Below the pieces are notes generated by a model. That model was not told the origin of the DNA. It saw nothing but the letters and a program-made list of their open reading frames with translations, and did not search any database. The translations under genes and the position numbers were made by a program. From Candidatus Kaiserbacteria bacterium RIFCSPHIGHO2_01_FULL_58_22 (GTDB lineage: Bacteria > Patescibacteriota > Minisyncoccia > Phycocordibacterales > UBA2100), in contig MFLB01000034.1 of the NCBI GenBank assembly GCA_001781445.1, positions 17,793-81,792 of the forward strand: DNA of 64,000 bases. Direction: 5' to 3'. Below are positions 46,174 to 55,496 of this stretch, one piece after another; position 1 is the first letter of the stretch, and every line of letters starts with the position of its first letter.

Positions 46174-46842
46174 CTACTTTGTGAATTTTAAAGTAGTGAG
46201 AATGGTCTCAAAGTCTTTCACGCAGTTGCTGCTTATCGTCGGACGATTTGCCGAAGTGCTTTTATAGGTAGAATAGGTAGACTTGACTAGCTCGTTGGAA
46301 AGTGAGAGTAAATTGAGCGGGACATCATAAATTCCGTCGGAAAGAATGATGTTGGGGAGACCTAGAAAAACTCCACCGTCACTGTAATTAACATATCTGA
46401 TTGTTTGTGATTTGCCACTCGTCATCACGACCGATTTGTTGCTTTGAGTAAAATGACCGCCCAGACCCACTCCCAGCACAGGTCCTATGTAGCAACCGTT
46501 CTGGGTATCGATCAGTTCAAAGAAATCGTAGCCATCTCGATAAGGACTTTGCGTTACCCATAATTCATTTGACGCCGTGTTCAGAAAAAAATTCGACGGA
46601 TATTTAAACTCTATGCCCCACTTATCACTTCGGTACGTTTTCCAATTTGCCGTTCCTGCCGTTGGAGATGGCGAGGTCGGTTGCGTCGGCAAGGGCTGGA
46701 GAATATCTAAATTATCTTCTGACGAGCTTTGTGAAGGCGGTTGCTGCTGCAGAACAAAGTACGCCCCACCCCCAACTACAATGACGCCCAGTATGATCGC
46801 CAGTAAGATGCCCATTGAGACAACGCCCCTTTGAGTGTTCAT
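46174..46842 (-). CDS. hypothetical secreted/membrane-anchored protein (lower GC, Ser/Thr/Pro-rich linker)
   Basis: 222-aa ORF with an N-terminal TM helix and AT-richer composition than the flanks. Confidence 0.45.
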   Translation of the reverse strand: MNTQRGVVSMGILLAIILGVIVVGGGAYFVLQQQPPSQSSSEDNLDILQPLPTQPTSPSPTAGTANWKTYRSDKWGIEFKYPSNFFLNTASNELWVTQSPYRDGYDFFELIDTQNGCYIGPVLGVGLGGHFTQSNKSVVMTSGKSQTIRYVNYSDGGVFLGLPNIILSDGIYDVPLNLLSLSNELVKSTYSTYKSTSANRPTISSNCVKDFETILTTLKFTK

Positions 46843-46877
46843 GCAACAAACAATACCACATCTATAAAGACGAGTAA

Positions 46878-47624
46878 TTAAAGCTGCGGGTCGATGGCGG
46901 CTTTGAAACTCGCGAGTTCGGCGGCGCCGGGGATGAGGACCTTGCCTGTGATAAAGCCTGGAGTGCCGTTGATGCCGAAGCTCGTGCCTTCCGCACGATC
47001 GGCGTTGAGCTTCTTTTGATACCCCGCTTTGTTCGCCGCGACGTCCGCTTTTACTTTGTCCGCATCCATGCCAGAAATTTTCTTGATGAGGACAAGGATG
47101 CTCGCCTCATCACCGAATCCGCCATGCTCTTCGTCTTGCGACTTATACATAGCCTCGCGCCATTCGAAGTATTTTGCAGGATAGAGAGCCCACACGGCGC
47201 GACCGTAGAGTCCTGCCGTGGTGGAATCGTCGCTGAGGAACTGGTAATCCTTGAACACGATCTTGAGCTTGCCCGTATCTACGTAATCGCGTATCAAGAC
47301 CGGAAGCGCCGGCTGTATGGGGATCTGCGGGTGACCCATCTCTACCGCCTTGCAGTACGGACACTGGTAGTCGGACCAGTACGCGAGCACGACCTTGGCG
47401 TCGGCTTTCCCGATGTAGGGGTCTCCTTCCGTCTTCACATCTTTGATGTCCACGGCGACCGGCTGCGCACTGTCCGCCACTCCCAAGCCGCCGCTCTGCG
47501 AGAGGCCGAGATACAATCCTGCGGCAACGATGAGCGCCGCGATAACGATGGAAGCCGGAATGAAAAGCGTGGAATAATCGCGGGGCGTTTGTGCGGTCGG
47601 TGGCATAGTTGGTCTATTGTACAC
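46878..47624 (-). CDS. DsbA-like thiol:disulfide oxidoreductase (CPYC)
   Basis: WSDYQCPYCKAVE thioredoxin active site and an N-terminal TM anchor. 248 aa. Confidence 0.75.
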   Translation of the reverse strand: MYNRPTMPPTAQTPRDYSTLFIPASIVIAALIVAAGLYLGLSQSGGLGVADSAQPVAVDIKDVKTEGDPYIGKADAKVVLAYWSDYQCPYCKAVEMGHPQIPIQPALPVLIRDYVDTGKLKIVFKDYQFLSDDSTTAGLYGRAVWALYPAKYFEWREAMYKSQDEEHGGFGDEASILVLIKKISGMDADKVKADVAANKAGYQKKLNADRAEGTSFGINGTPGFITGKVLIPGAAELASFKAAIDPQL

Positions 47625-47733
47625 GAATCCGCTGATTGCATCTAATGGAATCAGTGGATTCGCGGGCGAACGAGTACATTCGGGTCTCGGGCCATGCTTT
47701 TTCCAAAACGCTCCCTGTAACCAAAGACTTGTT

Positions 47734-47895
47734 TCACTTCTTCACCCCCTGAAGCACGTTCCAGATATTCGGGTCCTGCCCGCCATCGAGCTTGAAGATC
47801 GAGATACCGCGCACGCCCAGCTTTTTCGCGAGGTCTATCTTCTGCTGTACTGAGACCGCATCCGGCCAATCAATGAGACGGAAATCGAGATGTAG
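47734..47895 (-). pseudogene. C-terminal fragment of a GH18-like (chitinase-family) gene lacking its 5' portion
   Basis: Manual translation gives ...RLIDWPDAVSVQQKIDLAKKLGVRGISIFKLDGGQDPNIWNVLQGVKK*, which resembles GH18 C-termini. It is bounded upstream by the degenerate IS copy. Assignment tentative. Confidence 0.3.
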
Positions 47896-48335
47896 GGATA
47901 TTGGGGTCAGTCCCCATATTATTAATATTCTCGTGGTCTAATATTCCTTCGGCCTTCGGGCTCGCGGAGCGTGTGCGCAAGGTTGTGCCGCCCGACCATC
48001 CGGCTTCGCCACGACTCCCTGCCATATGGTATCCCCTTCCGGATAGATTCGCGAATGTCCGCAAGCTCTTCGGGAGAATCTGGTGTATTGATCCATGTGC
48101 GGTAATTGCGCGGCAAATCGAGTGGTAATTCGGCGAGAAGTTTCTTCTCTTTGAGCGTTCCGTTGATTCTTTGGTATGCGCTACCCCATCGCCATACTTC
48201 AGCCTGCTTCGCGAGTCGGGATAATGGGGATACGTCCAATATTCTTAATAATTATGTGTCATGATGTTTTTCACGGTCATGGAAATACTATGCCATGAAA
48301 AGCGCTGATAAATCAGACTTATCCCCATTTCCCCC
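47896..48335 (-). mobile_element. internally deleted second copy of the IS200-like element (transposase C-terminal 105-aa remnant 47922-48239; conserved 5' flank and ACTTATCCCCATT end at 48318-48330)
   Basis: The remnant ORF is homologous to the C-terminus of the 44522-45190 transposase (WRWGSAY / LPLDLPRNY / IRKGIPYGRESW). The 48283-48330 flank is ~85% identical to 45196-45240. The junction carries AATGGGGATACGTCC. A hairpin ATATTGGGG-tcagt-CCCCATAT lies at 47898-47919. Confidence 0.55.
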
Positions 48336-48341
48336 ATTTCT

Positions 48342-49658
48342 TTATTGCGACAATCGGGTGTCGATGCGGGTCATGTCGCGCGGGAAGGCGCTTGCCTCTT
48401 TCACGTTGGGGAGCTCCAGCATCCGCGCGGTGAAGCGCTCGAGGCCGGTGGAGCAACCGCCGTGCGGCGGGAGGCCGTACTTGAAGGCCTGCAGGTAGAA
48501 GGAGAATTTCTCCGGGTCCAATCCCCTCTCCTTCATGCGCGTGATGAGTGCGTCGTAGTCGTGTATGCGCTGACTGCCGCTGTTTATCTCGAGCCCTCGG
48601 AAGAGGAGGTCGAAACCGCGCGAGTACGGCGCTTCAGAAGGATCCTCGTACGTATAGAAAGCGCGCTTCTTGGTCGGAAACTTTGTGATGAAAACAAAAT
48701 CACTCCCCTTCTCTTTTTTCGCCCACTCACAGATCTCACGCTCATCCTCCGGTTCCATGTCGGGTGCCTCCTTTTTGCCGAGCTGTTGCAACGCTTCCTT
48801 TAGTGTAAGTATCGGGATTTCTGCGGACAGTAAGGGCGCAGTGGTGTTAAAGTGGGCGAACATATCGCTGTGTTCACGCGAGACGTACTCCACGACGTAA
48901 CGGATCGTGGTTTCAAGTTCGCGCATCGGTTCACGCTCGTCTGCTATAAATCCCATCTCGAAGTCCATTTGCGTGAGCTCGGAGAGATGGCGTGTCGTTG
49001 CGCTCTTTTCGGCGCGGAATATTTTGGCGATAGTAAAGACCCGCTCAAAAGGCCCGACCATTATCTGTTTATAAAATTGTGGCGAGGTAGCGAGAAAGGC
49101 TGTGGTGTCGTTGTAGTATTCCACCTTGAACGCCGCGGCGCCGCCTTCGGCGTCGCCGCCGACGAGTGCTGGGGCGATGAACTCGGTAAATCCCTGCTTG
49201 CGCAATGAAGATCGATATGCGCCGAGGATAGACGCCTGCATGGTAAAGATGTCGCGGCTTCGCTTGTTCCTCAAAGTAAGTGGCAGGTGGTCGAAGTGCG
49301 TGTCTATGTTCACTTCCGTGCCGAGCTCGAAGGGCAGTTCCGCCGCTTCCGCAAGCACACGTATCTTTTGCGCGGCGAGCTCGACGCCTCCAAGGGGTCC
49401 TTCGCCCTTCATGCTCTCCGGCCGCGCTTTCACTTCGCCTTCGATCTCCACCACCCATTGCGCCCGCAATCTTTTCGCGGTATCGAGCGCTTCGGCCGCT
49501 TTCGGGGTTACGACCGCCTGCACGATGCCGCTCCTGTCGCGCACATCGAGAAAAATCAACTTGCCGTGATCGCGACGCGTATCCACCCAGCCGGCGATTC
49601 GCACGGTCTTTCCCACGGCCTCCGGCAATTTTTTGTTCAGTGTTCGTTCCATATGCAT
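48342..49658 (-). CDS. aspS: class IIb aminoacyl-tRNA synthetase, archaeal/eukaryal-type AspRS (or AsnRS)
   Basis: N-terminal OB fold, FRAEKSATTRHLSELTQMDFE (motif 2) and GGCSTGLERF (motif 3). 438 aa, the short-type length. Confidence 0.8.
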   Translation of the reverse strand: MHMERTLNKKLPEAVGKTVRIAGWVDTRRDHGKLIFLDVRDRSGIVQAVVTPKAAEALDTAKRLRAQWVVEIEGEVKARPESMKGEGPLGGVELAAQKIRVLAEAAELPFELGTEVNIDTHFDHLPLTLRNKRSRDIFTMQASILGAYRSSLRKQGFTEFIAPALVGGDAEGGAAAFKVEYYNDTTAFLATSPQFYKQIMVGPFERVFTIAKIFRAEKSATTRHLSELTQMDFEMGFIADEREPMRELETTIRYVVEYVSREHSDMFAHFNTTAPLLSAEIPILTLKEALQQLGKKEAPDMEPEDEREICEWAKKEKGSDFVFITKFPTKKRAFYTYEDPSEAPYSRGFDLLFRGLEINSGSQRIHDYDALITRMKERGLDPEKFSFYLQAFKYGLPPHGGCSTGLERFTARMLELPNVKEASAFPRDMTRIDTRLSQ

Positions 49659-49675
49659 AACGACATCGTAAGTCG

Positions 49676-50611
49676 TTATAGGCTCACGCCAATTTTTTTC
49701 CTCACGTCGGCCATCTTCGAGGAGGCGCGCGCGCGGGCTTTCTCGCTCCCCTCTTTCAAGACGGCCTTCGCGTCCGCATCTGAAATGGAATCACGTAGCG
49801 AGCGCATTGGCGCAACGAGCGCTTCGATGTCTTCTATAAGCGCTTCCTTGAGGACTTTGTACTTCCCTTTGTTGTCCTTGTAGAGTTCGGAGAGATCATC
49901 TCTCTCTTTCAGAAGCGCGTGAATGGCGTACACGTTCTCGGGGCTTTCGGCTTTCGAATCCGTTATAATGCTCATCACCGCTTTCGCGATCTCGTCTTTT
50001 GTGCCGAAGAGCGGGATAGTATTGCCGTAGCTCTTGCTCATTTTTTTACCGTCAATCCCCGGCACAACGGCGACGCCTTTCAGTACGTGTTCTTTTGGTG
50101 GCTTGAACGTCTCGCCGTACGCGTTGTTGAATTTCGCCGCGATGTCGCGCGCGTACTCTACGTGCTGGCGCTGATCCTCGCCCACCGGCACGACGTCGGT
50201 GTCGTAGAGCAGAATGTCGGCCGCCATGAGCATCGGATATGCGAAGAGCCCCGCGTTGGCCTCAAGTCCCTTCGCCACCTTGTCTTTGTACGCGTGTGAA
50301 CGTTCGAGGAACGGCACTGTCACAAGACACTGAAAAATCCATGCGAGTTCCGTGTGTTCGGGCACATCGGATTGCTTGAAAATAATGGACTTCTGCGGGT
50401 CAATGCCAGCGGCAATGTAATCCTTGGCGACGCTCACGATGTTCTGCCGCAACTCCCTCGGATTCCGGAGCGACGTAAGCGCATGGTAGTCGGCTATCAT
50501 AAGCGTACTTTCATACTCATACGCAAGCTCGACGAAAGGCTTGAGCGCCCCGAAGTAGTTGCCGATATGGAGGGCGCCGGATGGCTGGAGGCCGGTCAGA
50601 AGCTTCTGCAT
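49676..50611 (-). CDS. trpS: tryptophanyl-tRNA synthetase
   Basis: LTGLQPSGALHIGNY (HIGH) and KMSKSYGN. Confidence 0.9.
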   Translation of the reverse strand: MQKLLTGLQPSGALHIGNYFGALKPFVELAYEYESTLMIADYHALTSLRNPRELRQNIVSVAKDYIAAGIDPQKSIIFKQSDVPEHTELAWIFQCLVTVPFLERSHAYKDKVAKGLEANAGLFAYPMLMAADILLYDTDVVPVGEDQRQHVEYARDIAAKFNNAYGETFKPPKEHVLKGVAVVPGIDGKKMSKSYGNTIPLFGTKDEIAKAVMSIITDSKAESPENVYAIHALLKERDDLSELYKDNKGKYKVLKEALIEDIEALVAPMRSLRDSISDADAKAVLKEGSEKARARASSKMADVRKKIGVSL

Positions 50612-50632
50612 AGCGGTAAATATAGCGGGCGC

Positions 50633-51049
50633 CTACTTCGACTTGAAAACGGCAAGAAGCTCCTCAATATCTCCCAAGTGCTTCACGAGGTATTCCGCGA
50701 CCTTCGCGTCATCGAGCGTACCGTAGGCGTGCACGAGACGGTTGCGGAACCCATACATGCGCATGAATCTGTCCGCGAGATCGTCCGAAATAATCTTTTC
50801 CCGCGCAAGTAGCGCCGCGATGTTGTCTTGCCCAGTTGCGCGTTTCCCTTTGCTCGCGAGCACGATCTGGCTCGCGTCAAAAATAGACTCGATAGCCGTT
50901 ATAAATCGGTAACATGCCGCGTAATACTCGCGGGGATTCGCGCGCAGATACTCGAGTCCGCCGCTCGCGCGAATGCCTTTCAGATCGGCGAGAGAGAGCT
51001 CGCATTGGGATATCTTCTCTTCGAGCACCGATTTTGCAAATTCGTTCAT
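50633..51049 (-). CDS. hepT: HepT-like (DUF86) RNase toxin
   Basis: Rx4HxY motif RNRLVHAY. 138 aa. 4-bp overlap with the upstream nucleotidyltransferase gene. Confidence 0.75.
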   Translation of the reverse strand: MNEFAKSVLEEKISQCELSLADLKGIRASGGLEYLRANPREYYAACYRFITAIESIFDASQIVLASKGKRATGQDNIAALLAREKIISDDLADRFMRMYGFRNRLVHAYGTLDDAKVAEYLVKHLGDIEELLAVFKSK

Positions 51050-51492
51050 GCAGAAAGATGTTCGTGCAACGCTTCGCGCCCGAGCCGTACGAAATGTTTC
51101 GCATATTCGTATTCGTGCATGGTGCGCAGTTCGAATCTCAATCTGTCGTCGTGTGAGCGCTCATACAGGAGCATACCTGTCGAAGCGACGATCTGCTTTA
51201 GGAGAGGGCTTGCCTCATTCAAGATGGCAACATCCAGCTCTCGACTAGGCACAAGCCCGTGCAAGGTTTCGATGATGTCGGCGGTCGCCCCTATCGGGTC
51301 TTTTGGAGCACGTTCGAAAAGAACGGCAACATCGGCATCGCTGTTTTTGTGTGCGGTGCCGAGCGCAACGGAACCATGCAGGTAGCAAAGGACTACCCCG
51401 GCGTCCCGAAGCGCCGTAGTTTGGTGATCATCGAGCTTAAGCACTGACCTTTCCATTCTGTCAGGATAGCACGGCGGAATGTTCTTTTCCAC
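51046..51492 (-). CDS. mntA: MntA-like minimal nucleotidyltransferase antitoxin
   Basis: GSVALGTAHKNSDADVAVL (GSx9-10DxD). The start may be the internal Met at 51456. Confidence 0.7.
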   Translation of the reverse strand: MEKNIPPCYPDRMERSVLKLDDHQTTALRDAGVVLCYLHGSVALGTAHKNSDADVAVLFERAPKDPIGATADIIETLHGLVPSRELDVAILNEASPLLKQIVASTGMLLYERSHDDRLRFELRTMHEYEYAKHFVRLGREALHEHLSA

Positions 51493-51514
51493 GATCGATC
51501 GCGGGGTTGGCGTC

Positions 51515-53146
51515 TTATCGCGCAGTGAACTCGACGATGAAGATGGAACCTTTTCCTTCTCCCTTCGATTCCGCCCAGATACGCCCGCCGTGGGCTTCGA
51601 CGACCTGTTTGGCGATAAAGAGGCCGTAGCCGGTGGAGTGGACGTTGACCTTTATCGAATCCTTGCCGTGGCCACCCGCGGTGAAGAGCTTCGGCATGTC
51701 GTCCGTCGCGATGCCGACGCCGCTGTCCTCCACGGAAAACCGGATGACCGCGCCGTCGGAGAGTCCGACCTTGACGCTACCGGAGGGCGTATACCGTATC
51801 GCGTTGTCGATGAGGTTGCGCAAGACATGCCGCCGGATCTTGTCTTCGTCGCCCTCGAACAAAAACGCTCCCTCGCCGATCCGGAGTTCGATTGCAAGGC
51901 GCTTTTCGTCCGCGGTCGGCTTCAGCTCTCGCACGATCTCCCGTATCGCCGTGCGAAAATCGAACTTCTTCTTCGCGTACGCAACCGTTCCCTTCTTAAG
52001 ATTCGAGGCGTCGAGAATGTCCATGACGGTGGCGACGCCTCGGCGCACGCTCGAAAGCGCCTTTGCCGACATCGTTCTCACAGCTTCCGGCACGGCGCCG
52101 AAATCTCCCTCGACGATGGAGGCGAAGCCGGCCTGACTCTCCGTGAGGTAGCCCTTGATCTCGTGGCTGATGAAGTGCAGGAGGCTTTCCTGCTGTTGGT
52201 TGACTATCTCGAGTTCTTTCTCCTGTTTCTCGATAAGCTGGCGTTGCTGTATTTCTTTTTTGACGTTTTTTATCAGCACGTAGCCCATTACACAGACAAG
52301 TAGGAACGTTATCGCCGCGACGATACGAACGTTTTGAATTTCCTGCAGTGCAACGAGCGACACGACTGCTATCGCAAGCGCGACAACGAGGAGTTCGGTG
52401 GTGAGTACCTTTGCATTGAAGGCATTAAATCGCGCGATGCTGTACGCGATGAATGTGGCAAATACCGGCATGCCGAAGAGTCCGTATTGGCTCGGGATCC
52501 AATCTTCAGTCAGACTTCCGATGATCGTTCCGGAAGAGAACGCGAGCAGAAATGTGATAAGCCCGAAGGCGAAGAAAAATGTAATAAAACGTTCGCGACG
52601 AGTCGCGCGCTTTGGCATCTCTCTCGCCGCCATAATAGCGACGGTGAGTATGAGCGTGCCATTAACAATGTGCGTATAGTACGCCGCCAGGAACCCTTCG
52701 GCGGCTTCGCACGAGGAGAGATAGAGTTCCTGAAGGTTCACTTCTGTATGGAGGAAGGAGACAATAGGAAGGAGAAGCAGTGCAACGAGGACGTTGGTTC
52801 GGAAGCTCGGCCACGCATTGTGAAGAAAGTAATAGAACATGTAGAAAGCCACGCCATAGGTCAGGGGTTCAAAGAGGATTTGCAGTGACCACGAGAACAT
52901 GACTACATCAGGACGATTGGTCGCCCACAAGATAACGTCCAATATGGTCCATGTACTGAAGAAGCCGACCATCAAAAGGAAGAGTCGCGAGACGACTGCC
53001 TTCGGATCGCCAAAAAACACGTACAGACCTATCGTCACCGCGGCAACAATAGCGATGAGGTGTGAGTAATGCACGAGCGGCGGCACATTCTCCGAGAAAA
53101 ATACGTATACGGACGGTTCCCACGGGCACAAAATCATTTGTTCCAT
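51515..53146 (-). CDS. sensor histidine kinase with multi-TM N-terminal sensor domain (no cognate response regulator adjacent)
   Basis: HisKA (FISHEIKGYL) and HATPase_c (GYGLFIAKQVVEAHGGRIWAES) after about 7 TM helices. 543 aa. Confidence 0.8.
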   Translation of the reverse strand: MEQMILCPWEPSVYVFFSENVPPLVHYSHLIAIVAAVTIGLYVFFGDPKAVVSRLFLLMVGFFSTWTILDVILWATNRPDVVMFSWSLQILFEPLTYGVAFYMFYYFLHNAWPSFRTNVLVALLLLPIVSFLHTEVNLQELYLSSCEAAEGFLAAYYTHIVNGTLILTVAIMAAREMPKRATRRERFITFFFAFGLITFLLAFSSGTIIGSLTEDWIPSQYGLFGMPVFATFIAYSIARFNAFNAKVLTTELLVVALAIAVVSLVALQEIQNVRIVAAITFLLVCVMGYVLIKNVKKEIQQRQLIEKQEKELEIVNQQQESLLHFISHEIKGYLTESQAGFASIVEGDFGAVPEAVRTMSAKALSSVRRGVATVMDILDASNLKKGTVAYAKKKFDFRTAIREIVRELKPTADEKRLAIELRIGEGAFLFEGDEDKIRRHVLRNLIDNAIRYTPSGSVKVGLSDGAVIRFSVEDSGVGIATDDMPKLFTAGGHGKDSIKVNVHSTGYGLFIAKQVVEAHGGRIWAESKGEGKGSIFIVEFTAR

Positions 53147-53387
53147 AAATATTTAGAGCGATTCTTCCCCGATATCCTCCTCTTCAAGGTCATTAACGAT
53201 CGTAAAGTCATGCACAACCATCGTTCTCCAGTATGTGAACATAACGGCAAGAACCGCGAGGGCTACGAAAAGGGAAAGGAGATAACGAGAAGGATTGTTC
53301 ATACGCAATGCATCCGTTGACGGCCCTACAGAGTCCACGGTATTATCTCCAGCATACAGCAATATAGCCCTCCTGTAAGCGCTATCT

Positions 53388-54521
53388 GTGGATTTTTATT
53401 ATGAGACTCTCCCTGTTCGCATGAGCCCTAAGGTTGCTGGGCATAAAACTGCCACTAGGCAGATCGTCTGCTCGTACAACGAGTGGGACCCGCTTGAGGA
53501 AGTCGTTGTGGGTGTTGTCGAAGGAGCCACAGTACCGCCATGGGACTGGATAGCCAAAGCGACGATGCCGGACCATGCCGCGTGGTTTTTCAAGAAGCAC
53601 GGGGGAAAACCGTTCCCGAAAAAGATGATAGAGAAAGCAGCAGAGGAGCTGAACGGTCTTGCCGCTCTCATGAAAAAACTCGGCATCACCGTCCGTCGCC
53701 CCGAGAAAATGGATTTTTCGAAAGAGTACCGGACCCCATGGTGGAAAAGCCGCGGCCTCTACGCGGCGATGCCCCGCGATGTATTCATGGTCGTCGGCGA
53801 GACTATTGTCGAGGCCCCGATGGCATGGCGCACCCGTTACTTTGAGGGACAGGCGTATCGCGAACTGATGGTCGAGTATTTCAGAGATGGCGCGAAGTGG
53901 TTGCCTGCACCGAAGCCCTCGATGGACAAACACTTCTACAGCAAGACGTATGACACCGATACACCGTACGTGAAGGGCAAGAAGCAGTTTCCAATCACGA
54001 ATCACGAGATCGCATTCGATGCAGCCGACTTTGTGCGCTTCGGCCGCGACATTTTAGTGCAAAAAAGCCATGTGACGAACGAGCTTGGCATCGAGTGGGT
54101 ACGCCGCCACATCGGGCCGGATTATCGAGTGCACGAGGTCGAATTCGACGACCCTCACCCTATGCATATAGATACGACTATCGTCCCGCTAGCGCCCGGA
54201 AAAATACTCATCAATCCGTCGTGGGTGAAAAAGCTCCCCGGCATGTTCAAGTCGTGGGACGTCCTTCCCGCGCCGGAACCCGCGAATTCTTTCGATTCGG
54301 CGCTGTACTTTTCAAGCGACTGGCTTTCCATCAATATTTTGAGTCTTGACGAAAAGCGTGTCATTGTTGAAGAGAAGGAAGAACCGTTGATACGGGCCCT
54401 CAAGCAGTGGGGATTTGAACCCATTCCGATCGCATTTAGGAATTTCTACCCATTCGGTGGCTCCGTCCACTGTGCGACGCTCGACGTTCGCCGCCGGGGA
54501 GAACTTGCGTCCTACTTTTAA
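53388..54521 (+). CDS. amidinotransferase-family protein (glycine/inosamine amidinotransferase-like)
   Basis: The C-terminal FGGSVHCATLDV matches the catalytic Cys region of PF02274 amidinotransferases. 377 aa. Confidence 0.75.
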   Translation: MDFYYETLPVRMSPKVAGHKTATRQIVCSYNEWDPLEEVVVGVVEGATVPPWDWIAKATMPDHAAWFFKKHGGKPFPKKMIEKAAEELNGLAALMKKLGITVRRPEKMDFSKEYRTPWWKSRGLYAAMPRDVFMVVGETIVEAPMAWRTRYFEGQAYRELMVEYFRDGAKWLPAPKPSMDKHFYSKTYDTDTPYVKGKKQFPITNHEIAFDAADFVRFGRDILVQKSHVTNELGIEWVRRHIGPDYRVHEVEFDDPHPMHIDTTIVPLAPGKILINPSWVKKLPGMFKSWDVLPAPEPANSFDSALYFSSDWLSINILSLDEKRVIVEEKEEPLIRALKQWGFEPIPIAFRNFYPFGGSVHCATLDVRRRGELASYF

Positions 54522-54557
54522 CATGCACTCGCTCGACCGATCCTAGTCGAGTCTCCT

Positions 54558-55481
54558 ATGTCCTGGTTATTCGTTGCACTCCTCGCACCGGCGCTATCAG
54601 CGCTCGGCAGTTACACCGACAAGTATCTCCTTGTCCACCACGAAAAGACCGGCGGTATCGGGAGTGTAATGATCTTTTCCTCTCTCTTTGGGGCGCTTGT
54701 TATTCCGCTCGCCCTTTTTCTCAAAGCGGATATATGGAGCGTGCCGTCGTTTGAGGCGGTCATTCTTATCCTCAATGGATGCATAACGGTCGGCACGCTT
54801 GCGGCGTATCTCTACGCCATCAAAGAATCCGACATCGTATCCGTAGTCCCCGTTCTGCAGACAATCCCCGTTTTCGGTTTCGTGTTTGGCTATATCCTCC
54901 TCGGCGAAACACTGGAACTGCATGAAATAGGCGGCTCCGTAATCATCATTTTGAGCGCCATGCTTCTCTCGCTTGAGATCGAGGAAGATGCGAAGGTGCG
55001 GTTCAGAAAAAAAAGTTTCTTCTTAGCCGTTCTTTCGTCGTTCCTTTTTGCACTTTCGGGCATCATATTCAAGCTCATCGCGATTGAGCGCGGTTACTGG
55101 GAGACGCAATTCTGGGAGTACATCGGTATCAGCGCGCTCGGTGTCATCTTATTTTTTCTCGTCGCGCCGTATCGTCGAAGTTTCCTTGAAGTTGTGCGTC
55201 ACCGACGCATCGGGGTCGCCGGACTGAACCTTGTGACCGAGGTGCTTACTGTCTCCGCAGACCTGCTTTTGAATTTCGCGACATTGCTCGCCCCGATAGC
55301 GCTCGTCTATACCATCAACGGATTTCAGCCTGCGTTCCTTCTGACGTTCGCTCTCGTCGGTTCGTTCTTCGTGCCACAACTCATGCATCGGCTTGCCTTT
55401 TTACGTAAACACGTTGTCTTGAAGGCGCTCGCTATCGCGATAATGATAGTCGGTACCGTCGTCATCAATACGCCACAGTGA
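54558..55481 (+). CDS. EamA/DMT-family transporter
   Basis: Ten-TM protein with duplicated EamA-like halves. 307 aa. Confidence 0.7.
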   Translation: MSWLFVALLAPALSALGSYTDKYLLVHHEKTGGIGSVMIFSSLFGALVIPLALFLKADIWSVPSFEAVILILNGCITVGTLAAYLYAIKESDIVSVVPVLQTIPVFGFVFGYILLGETLELHEIGGSVIIILSAMLLSLEIEEDAKVRFRKKSFFLAVLSSFLFALSGIIFKLIAIERGYWETQFWEYIGISALGVILFFLVAPYRRSFLEVVRHRRIGVAGLNLVTEVLTVSADLLLNFATLLAPIALVYTINGFQPAFLLTFALVGSFFVPQLMHRLAFLRKHVVLKALAIAIMIVGTVVINTPQ

Positions 55482-55496
55482 TGCCGCTACGTGTCA

